From NCBI GenBank assembly GCA_041164325.1, contig JBEAPQ010000110.1, positions 1-38,449 of the forward strand: a stretch of DNA of 38,449 bases, written 5' to 3'. A program made the position numbers and the translations under genes. This document shows, in pieces, positions 16,991 to 26,443 of the stretch (within the stretch, counting starts at the first letter, position 1; each line of letters starts with the position of its first letter). Origin of the DNA: Planctomycetota bacterium (GTDB taxonomy: Bacteria; Planctomycetota; UBA1135; UBA2386). The notes beneath the pieces were generated by a model. That model did no database searches and was not told the DNA's origin. It saw only the letters and a list, made by a program, of their open reading frames with translations.

Positions 16991-18148
16991 TCAGAGCGAG
17001 GCGAACGTCTGGTCGAGGATCTCGAGGGCGCGGTCGACTTCGGCCGCGGTGACGATGTAGGGGGGGAGGAACCGCACGACGTCGCCCGCCGTGCAGTTGG
17101 TGATCAGGCCGCGGTCGAACAGCGCCTTCTGCACATCCGGTCCGCGCTCGGAGCGCAGGCCCAGCATCAGGCCGCGCCCACGCACTTCCTGGATCGCGCC
17201 GTGGCGGACCTGGAGTTCCTCCAGGCCGCTGCGGAACTGCTCGCCGCGCGCGATGACGTGTTCGAGGAGGCCGGCTTCGAGCGCGGCGAGGACGACCTGG
17301 GCGGCGCGCAGGACGAGCGGCCCGCCCGCGAACGTCGAGCCGTGGTCGCCTGGCACCAGCGTTTCCTCGAGACCCTTCGCGACGAGGCAGGCACCCATCG
17401 GCAGCCCTGCTGCGATCGGCTTCGCCAGCGTCGCGATGTCCGGGACGATCCCGGACCACGCCCCGCAGAGGAACTTTCCGGTGCGGCCCGATCCGCACTG
17501 GACCTCGTCGTGGATCAGCAGGGTGCCGGTCTCGACGCAGAGATCCCGCGCCGCGCGCAGGTACTCGGCACCGTGGTCGAAGATGCCGCCTTCGCCCTGG
17601 ATCGGCTCGATGATCAGTGCCGCTGGCTCGGCGCGGAGCGCTGTGGCGAGCGCGTCGAGGTCGCCGCGGGCCACGAACGTCGCGCCGGGCACCAGCGGCG
17701 CGAACGGCTCGCGGTACTTCGCGCCTGCGGTCACCGACAGAGCGCCCATCGTGCGACCGTGGAAGCCGCCTTCCAGCGAGACGAAGCCGGTGCGGTCCGG
17801 CCGCCCGCGCATCCGCTGGGCCTTCCGCGCCAGTTTCAGCGCGCACTCGGTGGCCTCTGCACCGCTGTTCGTGAAGAAGACAGCCTCCATCCCGGAGAGC
17901 CGTGCGATCCGGCCGGCGACGTCTTCGGTGTAGGGGTGGCGGTAGAGGTTGCTGACGTGCAGCAGCCTGCCAGCCTGGTCACGCAGGGCTTCGACGAGGC
18001 CTTCGTGGCCGTGGCCGAGGGCCGACACGGCGATGCCGCCGAGGAAGTCGAGCCACTCCTGGCCCTCCGCGTCCCTGAGCACGCAGCCCTCGCCGGATAC
18101 GAAGACCTCGGGGCGGCGGACGTAGGTCCGGATCACATGTTCGTCCAT
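16991..18148 (-). CDS. argD: Acetylornithine aminotransferase
   Basis: DFLGGIAV, NSGAEA, FHGRT, EPIQGEGG, DEVQ, TLAK (PLP lysine) and HGSTF. Confidence 0.95.
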   Translation of the reverse strand: MDEHVIRTYVRRPEVFVSGEGCVLRDAEGQEWLDFLGGIAVSALGHGHEGLVEALRDQAGRLLHVSNLYRHPYTEDVAGRIARLSGMEAVFFTNSGAEATECALKLARKAQRMRGRPDRTGFVSLEGGFHGRTMGALSVTAGAKYREPFAPLVPGATFVARGDLDALATALRAEPAALIIEPIQGEGGIFDHGAEYLRAARDLCVETGTLLIHDEVQCGSGRTGKFLCGAWSGIVPDIATLAKPIAAGLPMGACLVAKGLEETLVPGDHGSTFAGGPLVLRAAQVVLAALEAGLLEHVIARGEQFRSGLEELQVRHGAIQEVRGRGLMLGLRSERGPDVQKALFDRGLITNCTAGDVVRFLPPYIVTAAEVDRALEILDQTFASL

Positions 18149-18162
18149 CTTGGGGTGCGGGC

Positions 18163-18969
18163 TCAGCAGGTCGTGGGTGCGAAGCGGGTGCCGACCTCGT
18201 CCGAGAGCGCGGCGAGAACAGCGTCGGCGCCAGCCGCGGGGGCGATCTTGACGAGGCCCGACGGGAGTGCCGTCACCGCACCGAGGGCGGCGTCGACCTT
18301 GGGGATCATCCCACCGGTCAGCACTCCCTCGGCCCGGAGGCGGACACAGTCCTCCGGGGAGAGTGCGGCGATGCGCTGGCGATCGGCGTCCAGGACTCCC
18401 GGGACGTCCGTCAAGAACAGCATCGCGTCGCAGCCCAGCGCGGCGGCGATCGGGGCCGCCGCGTGGTCGGCGTTGATGTTGTAGAGGTGGTCGCGTGGAC
18501 CCTCGCAGTCGGGATCGAGTGGTGCCAGGGTCGCGAGCGTCGGCGTGAAGCCCGCTGCCAGCAGCGCGTCGACGACCGAGCGATCGACGCGGTGGATGAC
18601 GCCGACGTAGCCGAGGTCGTGTCCGTCCGGCTGGTGACGCCTCGCCGTGAAGACCGCCCCATCTGCCCCGCACATGCCGACCGCGCGCACCGCGGACTCG
18701 CCGAGGCTCTGCACGAGGGCCTTGTTGACCTCCCCGCACAGGACCTGCGTGGCGACGGTCGCGGTGGCGGCATCGGTGATCCGGAGCCCGTCGTGGTAGC
18801 GGTCTTCGATACCGAGTCTCCGGCACAGCGCCCGGATCTGGTTGCCGCCGCCGTGGACGAGAACGATCTCATGGCCCGCGTCGCGGGCGGACGCGATCGC
18901 GCGCGCGAGCACGGCACGTGCGCCCGCTTCCTCGAGCTGGGCGCCGCCAATCTTGACGCAGAGCCTCAC
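18163..18969 (-). CDS. argB: Acetylglutamate kinase
   Basis: VKIGG, VHGGG, GLRITD, YNINAD, LTDVPG and GGMIPK. Confidence 0.95.
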   Translation of the reverse strand: MRLCVKIGGAQLEEAGARAVLARAIASARDAGHEIVLVHGGGNQIRALCRRLGIEDRYHDGLRITDAATATVATQVLCGEVNKALVQSLGESAVRAVGMCGADGAVFTARRHQPDGHDLGYVGVIHRVDRSVVDALLAAGFTPTLATLAPLDPDCEGPRDHLYNINADHAAAPIAAALGCDAMLFLTDVPGVLDADRQRIAALSPEDCVRLRAEGVLTGGMIPKVDAALGAVTALPSGLVKIAPAAGADAVLAALSDEVGTRFAPTTC

Positions 18970-19952
18970 GGGAGCAGGCCCTCCGTCTCGGGCAGGCCGA
19001 GCACCAGGTTCATGTTCTGCAGGGCCTGGCCCGCGGCGCCCTTGATGAGGTTGTCGATGACCGAGACGAGCACGACGCGGCCGTGGACCTCGGCGACGCC
19101 GATGTCGCAGAAGTTCGTCAGCTGGACGCGGTTCAGCTCGGGCATGCCGCGCTCGTAGACGCGCACGAACGGCTCACGGGCGTAGGTCTCGACCAGTGCA
19201 TCGCGGATTCCGGCCGCGTCGACGCCGGCCGCGGGGCGAAGCCAGATCGTCGCCAGGATGCCGCGGAACACCGGCAGCAGATGCGGAACGAACAGCACGC
19301 GGTCGGTGCCGAGCGTCTGCCAGATCTCCGGCTGGTGACGGTGGGTTCCGACTCCGTAGGCGAGGAAGTTCTCGTGCACCGAACCGAACACGGTGCGCGG
19401 CTGCGGGGTCTTGCCCGCTCCGGACGCGCCGCTCTTGCAGTCCGCGACGACGTCGGCCGACAGATCGACGAGGCCGCGATCGAGCAGCGGCTTCAGCGGC
19501 AGCGAGACCGACGTCGGGTAGCAGCCCGGGTTGGCGATCAGGTCCGCGCCGGCGATCTCCGCGCGGTGGAACTCGGGCAGGCCGTAGACCGCCTTCGGTC
19601 GCAAGTCAGGACCGTGGTCCTCACCGTAGGTGGACGCGTGGATCGCAGGGCTCCGGAGGCGGAAGTCGGCCGACAGGTCGACGACTCGGCAGCCCCGTTC
19701 GAGCGCAGCGCGGGCATGCATCGCGGCCGCCCCATGGGGGGTGCACAGGAAGACGCCGTCGCACGCCGCGAGGCGCTCGTGGTCGAGGGCCTCGATCGGG
19801 CCGTCGAACGGGAGCTCAGGCGGCTCCGGCTCGGTGCCGACACGGGCCGACATCGCGGCCACGACCTCCATGTGGGGGTGGTGGGCCAACAGGCGGAGCA
19901 CTTCGCGCCCGGTGTAACCAGACGCGCCAAGAACGGCGATGCGCTTCTTCAT
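18966..19952 (-). CDS. argC: N-acetyl-gamma-glutamyl-phosphate reductase
   Basis: GASGYTG, DLSADFRL, ANPGCYPT, HRHQPEI and DNLIKGAAGQA. Confidence 0.97.
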   Translation of the reverse strand: MKKRIAVLGASGYTGREVLRLLAHHPHMEVVAAMSARVGTEPEPPELPFDGPIEALDHERLAACDGVFLCTPHGAAAMHARAALERGCRVVDLSADFRLRSPAIHASTYGEDHGPDLRPKAVYGLPEFHRAEIAGADLIANPGCYPTSVSLPLKPLLDRGLVDLSADVVADCKSGASGAGKTPQPRTVFGSVHENFLAYGVGTHRHQPEIWQTLGTDRVLFVPHLLPVFRGILATIWLRPAAGVDAAGIRDALVETYAREPFVRVYERGMPELNRVQLTNFCDIGVAEVHGRVVLVSVIDNLIKGAAGQALQNMNLVLGLPETEGLLP

Positions 19953-20404
19953 CGAGGCAGGCGTGCGATCAGGTCGCGGCTCAAGCGGGTGGCTGCACGG
20001 GGCGTCCGGCAGACGACCAGGACGGTGTCGTCACCGGCGAGTGTTCCGGCCACGTCTGCAAGCCGCGCAGCGCGGGCGTCGAGGGCGAGGGCGAGGGGGG
20101 CGGCACCTCCCGGCGGCGTGCGCAGGACCACCTGGTGGGCGACCGCTTCGGCGCTGACGAGCCACTCGCGGCATGCACGGGTCAGATCGTCGATGGCCGT
20201 GGGGTCGGGGAGAGCGTAGCCCTCCGGGGTCTTGAGCACACCGAGCTCACGGAGATCACGCGAGAGGGTCGCCTGGTTGGCTCCGAGCCCGTCCGCGGCC
20301 AGGAGCTCGGCCAGCTCGGCCTGGTTGGGCACCGACCGCGTTGCCAGCAGGCGCAGGATCGCCTCGTGGCGGAGCTGGCGGGCCGAGGTCGTCGTGGAAG
20401 GCAT
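19949..20404 (-). CDS. argR: Arginine repressor
   Basis: QATLSRDLRELG winged-helix motif, plus RTPPGGA and GTLAGDDT arginine-binding motifs. First gene of the arg operon. Confidence 0.93.
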   Translation of the reverse strand: MPSTTTSARQLRHEAILRLLATRSVPNQAELAELLAADGLGANQATLSRDLRELGVLKTPEGYALPDPTAIDDLTRACREWLVSAEAVAHQVVLRTPPGGAAPLALALDARAARLADVAGTLAGDDTVLVVCRTPRAATRLSRDLIARLPR

Positions 20405-20435
20405 GATTATGCAAAAAAGGGCGCATAGTTATGCA
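20400..20435. promoter_or_regulatory. Tandem ARG boxes (ArgR operator)
   Basis: Minus-strand 14-bp cores TGCATAACTATGCG (20435-20422) and TGCATAATCATGCC (20413-20400) match the TGCAT-N4-ATGCA ArgR palindrome. They form an AT-rich island directly at the argR start. Confidence 0.8.
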
Positions 20436-20587
20436 TGCGAGGGCGGGCGCTTCAAGGGCCGGCTGCAGGATTTCTCGGGGAGCGGGCGACCGATGCGTCG
20501 GTGCCATGCTCGACCCCAGCGCCCGATGTCAGCGCGTCGCGGGGCGTCCAGGCCGTGCCGGGAGCACGGCCGGACGGTGGGCTCCCG

Positions 20588-21277
20588 TCAGTCGCGGCTT
20601 CGCAGAAGGATCATCAGGATCTTCTGGAAGAGGATGACGACGTCGGTGAACAGGACGACCGCAGCGGCCACGTGTGCCGTCGTCGGGTAGTGGTGCAGAA
20701 TCCGGCTGGTGTCGTAGAGGATGTAGCCGGAGAAGAGCAGCGCGCCGGCGATCGAGTACCAGACCCCGAGCTGGAAGCCGAACAGCCAGCCGCCCAGGCC
20801 GAGCGCGATCATCGCGAACAGTCCGAGCGCGAGGACACCGCCCATGAACGAGAAGTCGCGGCCGGTCTTGAACACGTAGAGGGTCAGACCACCGAAGATG
20901 ATCCCGGTGATCAGGCCCGCCTGTCCGACGATGCCCGGCGCCACGTGGTCGGCGAGCGCGACGAGCGGCGCCGTCGCGAGGCCGAAGACGACCACGTAGA
21001 GCGCGTAGACGACGACGTTGATCGGCGAGCGCTCGGCCAGCGCGTGCGCGGCGAAGCTGGCTGCGAGCAGCGTGACGATCGCGATGATCGGGTTCCCGAA
21101 CAGCGTGGAGGAGAGCGACTGCAGCACGGGCACGTGCTCGAACGAGGCGAGGATTCCGGCGAATCCGGCCACGCCAGCACAGAGCCACGTGTAGGTCTTC
21201 TGCAGGAAGCGGGCGCGGGCATCGACCTGTGCGTCGTCACCGGCTGCGCCGAGGATCATCGGGTCACTGAGGTTCAT
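20588..21277 (-). CDS. Bax inhibitor-1 / YccA family membrane protein
   Basis: ARFLQKTY, about 7 TM segments, RDFSFMG, YILYDTSRI and AAVVLFTD. Confidence 0.9.
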   Translation of the reverse strand: MNLSDPMILGAAGDDAQVDARARFLQKTYTWLCAGVAGFAGILASFEHVPVLQSLSSTLFGNPIIAIVTLLAASFAAHALAERSPINVVVYALYVVVFGLATAPLVALADHVAPGIVGQAGLITGIIFGGLTLYVFKTGRDFSFMGGVLALGLFAMIALGLGGWLFGFQLGVWYSIAGALLFSGYILYDTSRILHHYPTTAHVAAAVVLFTDVVILFQKILMILLRSRD

Positions 21278-21331
21278 CGGAATCGTTCGATCGGGTGTGG
21301 GGAGGGTGATCTGGTCACGCGACGGCGGGGA

Positions 21332-22267
21332 TCACCCCTGCTTCCGCAGCTGTTCATAGGCCTTCTGCAGGCGCGGGAGCAAGGGGCGGGCGCGGCTGTG
21401 GCTGCCCAGCTCCTCGATGCACCGGCCGAGCAGGTCGGCGTTGCCAGCTCCTGCGGCGTGCTGGGCCAGGAACGCCCAGTAGTAGAACGCGAGGCCCTGG
21501 TCCTTCGGGATACGGCCCTTCTCCAGCATCGGCAGCGTCTTCGCGCCTCCGGCGGCGGCCTCCGCCTCGCCTCGGACCGTGCCGAGGATGCGGTTGAACT
21601 CCTGTTCGACCAGCGCCTGCTCCAAGCGTGCGCGTCGCGCGGGGCTCAGCGACTCGTGGGACGCCATCTCGACGCGGGCGGCATCGAAGTCCTCGAAGTG
21701 CCCGTATTCGACGCGCTTCTCGAAGAGCTGCGCGGCGGCACCCTTGTCTCCGCCCTCGGCCGACGCGACCAGGTCGAAGTACGCGGTGACGTCCTGCTCG
21801 ACGGCATCATGGAACGCGTCGACGGTCCGCTCCTTCGGCTTGGCGATCACGTTCCCGGCGGCGTCGAGGAAGGCGACGTAGGGAAAAGCAGACCCGCCCT
21901 TCTGACGAAGCAGGTCCTGGTCCTCGTCGCCCTCGACGTGGGACGTGATGTGGCAGAACAGCACGACGTCCTGCCCGAAGTACTTGAACAGCTCCTCCGA
22001 CAGAGGGCCCTTCTCGAGCGCTGCGCAGGGTGGGCACGGCGCGTAGGACCGCGTGAAGTAGGCGAAGATCGGCTTGCCCGTCTCGGCGGCGACCGCCCGC
22101 GCCTCGGCGTAGTCCGTGATCCAGTCGGCGAACTTCAGGAACTCGGACTCGAGCTTCTGGTCGCGCTTGGCAGCCAGTTCGGCCTGGTCCTGTGCGCGCA
22201 GCGGGGACGAAGACAGTGCCGCGGCCATGCAGGCGCTCGCAGCGAGGAGGAACTTGCGGTTCAGCAT
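21332..22267 (-). CDS. Exported thioredoxin-fold protein (CPPC) with C-terminal helical domain
   Basis: Signal peptide ending LRA-Q. WITDYAEARAVAAETGKPIFAYF, then YAPCPPC, and the cis-Pro motif AFPYVAFLD. Confidence 0.8.
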   Translation of the reverse strand: MLNRKFLLAASACMAAALSSSPLRAQDQAELAAKRDQKLESEFLKFADWITDYAEARAVAAETGKPIFAYFTRSYAPCPPCAALEKGPLSEELFKYFGQDVVLFCHITSHVEGDEDQDLLRQKGGSAFPYVAFLDAAGNVIAKPKERTVDAFHDAVEQDVTAYFDLVASAEGGDKGAAAQLFEKRVEYGHFEDFDAARVEMASHESLSPARRARLEQALVEQEFNRILGTVRGEAEAAAGGAKTLPMLEKGRIPKDQGLAFYYWAFLAQHAAGAGNADLLGRCIEELGSHSRARPLLPRLQKAYEQLRKQG

Positions 22268-22318
22268 CTTGTGCTCCAGGAGGGGCAAGGGGCCAAGGAT
22301 CGTGCGGTCTCGTGGGTC

Positions 22319-22753
22319 TCAGTCTTGGCTGTCCGCCGAGCTGTGGTCGTGCGTGATGCGGAGGCCTTCGGGAAGGCGTTCGACCACCAGCGAGAACGTC
22401 CCGGACGCAGGCTCTTCTCGCTCCAGGTAGAACCGCCCGAGCACGAGCGCCGCGCCGCCCTGCCCGAGCGGGCGGACGTCGAGCAGCTCGAACCGGAGCT
22501 GGCCGCGGGTGGCCGCGTCGGGATAGGCCTTCTGGTAGCGCGCCAGCGTCTCGTCGTAGCCCCGCGTGACTCCGCTCGAGCCGACGAACGTCAGCGCGTC
22601 GCTGTCCCAATACGGCTCCATGAAGGCGACCAGGTCGCCGCGGTTCCAGGCACTGGCCTGGACGTCGAGCATCCCCTGGACGTCGACATCGCGGATGGGC
22701 GCCACACAGGCGGGAAGGAGGAACAGGGCGAGCGCAACGAGCGGGCGAAGCAT
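22319..22753 (-). CDS. NTF2-like (DUF4440/SnoaL-type) lipoprotein
   Basis: Lipobox LLPAC. AWNRGDLVAFMEPYW, GTFSLV and ITHDHSS. Confidence 0.85.
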   Translation of the reverse strand: MLRPLVALALFLLPACVAPIRDVDVQGMLDVQASAWNRGDLVAFMEPYWDSDALTFVGSSGVTRGYDETLARYQKAYPDAATRGQLRFELLDVRPLGQGGAALVLGRFYLEREEPASGTFSLVVERLPEGLRITHDHSSADSQD

Positions 22754-22798
22754 GGGTGGCAGGCTATCCGATCTCGGCGTGCGCTCCGACCGGGGAGC

Positions 22799-23956
22799 TC
22801 ACGGGTGGCCGCCGAAGCGGTCCAGGGCGGCGCGCGCCAGTCCACGGACGCGCTCCGACAGCGCGTTCAGCTCGCGGCGGCGGAGCTCGCGGCGTTCGAA
22901 GGCGGTGCCCGACGGTTCTCGGATCCGGCGGTCGACCTCGTCCAGGATCGCGGTGCGGTCCTTGCCGGCGAGCCTCGCCACGAGTGCGTCCAGGTCGTCC
23001 TCGACGTCCTGCCACAGGAAGTGGAAGCGCGGCACGAGGAGGGCGTACATCGGGTCCATCGCGGGCTCGGCGGCGATCGCGGCGGCTGCCGCCGCTTCGC
23101 ACTGCGTGCGGTGGATCCGATGGCGGAGGGCCGCGTCCCGGATGGCTTCGTAGAGGCGATCGCGCGGTGGACCGGAGAGGGGGGATCGGTAGCGTCGGAG
23201 CTCGAGGATGTCCCAGGCGAACGGAATGGCGTCGACGTCGGGGACGTCGACCGTGCGACCGCTGTACCACGCGTCGTAGAACGTGATCGGCGGAAACGCG
23301 CGTGCTTCCAGATCGCAGTACGCGTGACCGAACCACTCGGCCAAGCGGCGCTGCTCCTCGTCCTGGTCGAGTGCGGCCAGGGCGCGCGCGACTGCGTGGT
23401 CGGTGCCCGGCGCGTAGCCGTGCAGCGCGTTGGCGAACAGTTCGTCGTAGCCGAGTGTCGGCCCGCGCACGACCTGCCCGGTGGTCCAGTCGTAGCGGAC
23501 CTCGGCGATGAGGTCCGGCAGGAACGCGGGGCGCGCGAAGCGCGCGGCGAGTTCCGGATGGGGCTTGGTGTCGGGTGGGACGATCGTGCGGGTGGGCGCG
23601 CGGCCCGCCTCGTGCTCGGACTGCGCGTAGCGCTTCGGGTCGTGGATCGGGGGGGCGCTCGGCGCCGGCGGCAACGAGTCGACGTCGTAGCGCCAGCGGC
23701 CGAGCCGCTGGAGCAGCGGATCTTCGGTGCCTTCGAGGCTGCGCTCGATGGCGCGGATCACGGCGGCCTTCTGGCGGAACCCGAGCTCCCGGAAGCGGGC
23801 CAACTCCGGGGCGTCCTGCGACCGCGCGCCGGGTGCTGCCAGAGCCAAGGTGAGCGTCATCCACGCACCCAGCCGTGGCGCGACGCCGGTTCGGCGGTCG
23901 AACGGTGACGGCGCGATCAGGAGCTCGGTCTGTGCCTGGAGATGGGCGGCCCGCAT
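22799..23956 (-). CDS. Hypothetical exported protein (start uncertain: 24022, 23956 or 23860)
   Basis: Long ORF with globular composition and a signal-like segment MTLTLALAAPGARS-Q. Co-directional with its neighbours. Confidence 0.7.
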   Translation of the reverse strand: MRAAHLQAQTELLIAPSPFDRRTGVAPRLGAWMTLTLALAAPGARSQDAPELARFRELGFRQKAAVIRAIERSLEGTEDPLLQRLGRWRYDVDSLPPAPSAPPIHDPKRYAQSEHEAGRAPTRTIVPPDTKPHPELAARFARPAFLPDLIAEVRYDWTTGQVVRGPTLGYDELFANALHGYAPGTDHAVARALAALDQDEEQRRLAEWFGHAYCDLEARAFPPITFYDAWYSGRTVDVPDVDAIPFAWDILELRRYRSPLSGPPRDRLYEAIRDAALRHRIHRTQCEAAAAAAIAAEPAMDPMYALLVPRFHFLWQDVEDDLDALVARLAGKDRTAILDEVDRRIREPSGTAFERRELRRRELNALSERVRGLARAALDRFGGHP

Positions 23957-24156
23957 GCGGTGAGACGCTAGGGCTTCCGAGGGCGTCTCGGGAGAGGCAG
24001 CAGGAGGCTGTGGTCGCGCCATGTCGGTCCGGGAGGCGGACAGATCACCGGACGGCCCGGTGGTTTTCTCGGGGAGATCACGAAACCGTGATGCCATCGA
24101 CGCCTAGAGGCCGACGTCTGCGCGATGGTGCGTGGCCGGAGCGCAGACACCAGACG

Positions 24157-24223
24157 GTAGGCTTTCCACCGAGGAGTCGAGGACGCGGTGTCCAACGCTC
24201 CGGGGGCAAGGTGGAAGGCCTAC
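24157..24223. repeat. GTAG-type REP/REPIN-like inverted doublet
   Basis: GTAGGCTTTCCACC (24157-24170) and GGTGGAAGGCCTAC (24210-24223) are 13/14 complementary and enclose smaller GGAG/CTCC and GGAC/GTCC stems. Confidence 0.55.
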
Positions 24224-24344
24224 GTTTTTGTACGGACGTTCCACGCCCTCGGCGCGAGGGCGATCGCCGAGCAAGCATTCCCGGATGCGGCATCGCGTGC
24301 CGGTCGGGAAAACCGCGGCAGCGTTCGCGGAGCGACCGCTCCGG

Positions 24345-24410
24345 CAAGCCGGCAGCTGCAAGCCGGCAGCTGCGAGTCGGCAGCTGCAAGTCGGCAACTG
24401 CCAGCCGGCA
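24345..24410. repeat. Intergenic 14-bp (2 x 7-bp) tandem repeat, about 4.7 copies
   Basis: caagccggcagctg caagccggcagctg cgagtcggcagctg caagtcggcaactg ccagccggca. Confidence 0.85.
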
Positions 24411-24425
24411 CGCCCGGCCGCCGCG

Positions 24426-25702
24426 CTACTCGTGCCGCAGGGCTTCGACCGGGTCCATGTTCGCCGCGCGCCACGCCGGGTAGATCCCGAACAGCACGCC
24501 GACCGCCGCCGAGATCCCGAACGCCATCACGACGTGCTCGGGCAGGATGATCGTCGGCTCCTTGAACAGGGGCTCGATGACGAGGCTCGGGAACGCGAGT
24601 CCGACGAGGACGCCGAGCAGGCCGCCGGTCGCGCTCAGCACGCCCGTCTCCACCACGAACTGGTAGATGATGTGCTGGCGCTTCGCGCCGAGCGCACGGC
24701 GGATACCGATCTCGCGCGTCCGCTCCGTCACGGTCGCCAGCATCACGTTCATGATCCCGATCCCGCCGACGAGCAGCGAGATGCCGGCCATGCAGCCCAT
24801 CATGAAGTTCCACTTCCGCTTGCTCTCCTCGGTTTCGCGGAGGAGCTCGAGCGGGACCGTGATCGAGTAGTCGTCCTGCTGCAGGTGGTAGTCCTTGACC
24901 AGCGTGCGGAGCACGCTCGCGGCGGGGATGACGTCGCTGCTCTCGCGCAGGCGGACCTTGATCTCATGCAGCTCGACGCGTTCGCGTGAGAAGCTGCCGC
25001 CGGTGCTGATCGTCGTCTCGTCGCCGAAGCGGCTGCGGGACGTGGTGATCGGAAGGAAGATGCACTGGTCGAGCGGGGGGCCGACCGACCCGCTCGCGCG
25101 GCCGAGCTCCTCGAGGACGCCGATGACCGAGTAGCGCTCCGTGTCGACGCGGATCGTCGAGCCGATCGGATCCTCGAGCGGGAACAGTTCGGCCGCGATC
25201 TGCGCGCCGAGGACGCAGACGTTCCGCATCCGCTGGAGATCGACCGGGGTCAGCCAGCGACCGCCCTCCGCGAGGCGCATGCCCGACACCGTCAGGAACT
25301 CCGGCTCGGTGCCGATCGCGGTGCTCGTCGTCCAGTAGCTGCCGTTGCGCAGCTCCTTCGGAGTCTCGCGGATCTGCACGACCTGCTCCGCCGCGTCGAG
25401 CGTGCGGCGGATGCGCTCGGCGTCGCGGTAGGTGAGGCCGTAGGCCGCTGCCGACCAGACGCTCTGCGAGCTGCTCTCGGCGGTCTGCGGCGGCTTCTTG
25501 CTGCGGATCAGGATGTTGTTCGAGCCGAGCGCCTTGATGCGTTCGAGGGCCTCCTTGCTGGCGCCCTCGCCGATCGCGAGCATCCCGATCACCGAGGCGA
25601 CGCCGAACAGCAGTCCGAGCATCGTCAGTGCCGAGCGGAGCTTGTGCAGCAGGAGGCTCTTGACCCCGAGCTTGAACGTGCGGGTGGTCTCGCCGATGCC
25701 GA

Positions 25703-25706
<4 letters not shown>
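24426..25706 (-). CDS. ABC transporter permease, MacB/FtsX type
   Basis: HKLRSALTMLG, a large periplasmic domain, and ISLLVGGIGIMNVMLATVTERTREIGIRRALGA. Ends DPVEALRHE. Confidence 0.93.

Positions 25707-26432
<726 letters not shown>

Positions 26433-26443
<11 letters not shown>

Noticed and set aside
20400-20440. GCGCATA...TTATG resemblance to a dif/Xer site
   Set aside because: It lacks the 11-6-11 layout and the XerD arm TTATGTTAAAT. Tandem ARG boxes at argR explain it better.
22020-22050. Possible selenocysteine in the thioredoxin CxxC motif
   Set aside because: Both codons are TGC and there is no in-frame TGA.
20435-23908. 1157-aa plus-strand ORF
   Set aside because: Antisense shadow of four well-supported minus-strand genes. 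Long stop-free antisense frames are expected at this GC content, and it has no motifs.
24345-24410. Possible CRISPR array
   Set aside because: The units are 14 bp and contiguous, with no spacers and no cas genes.
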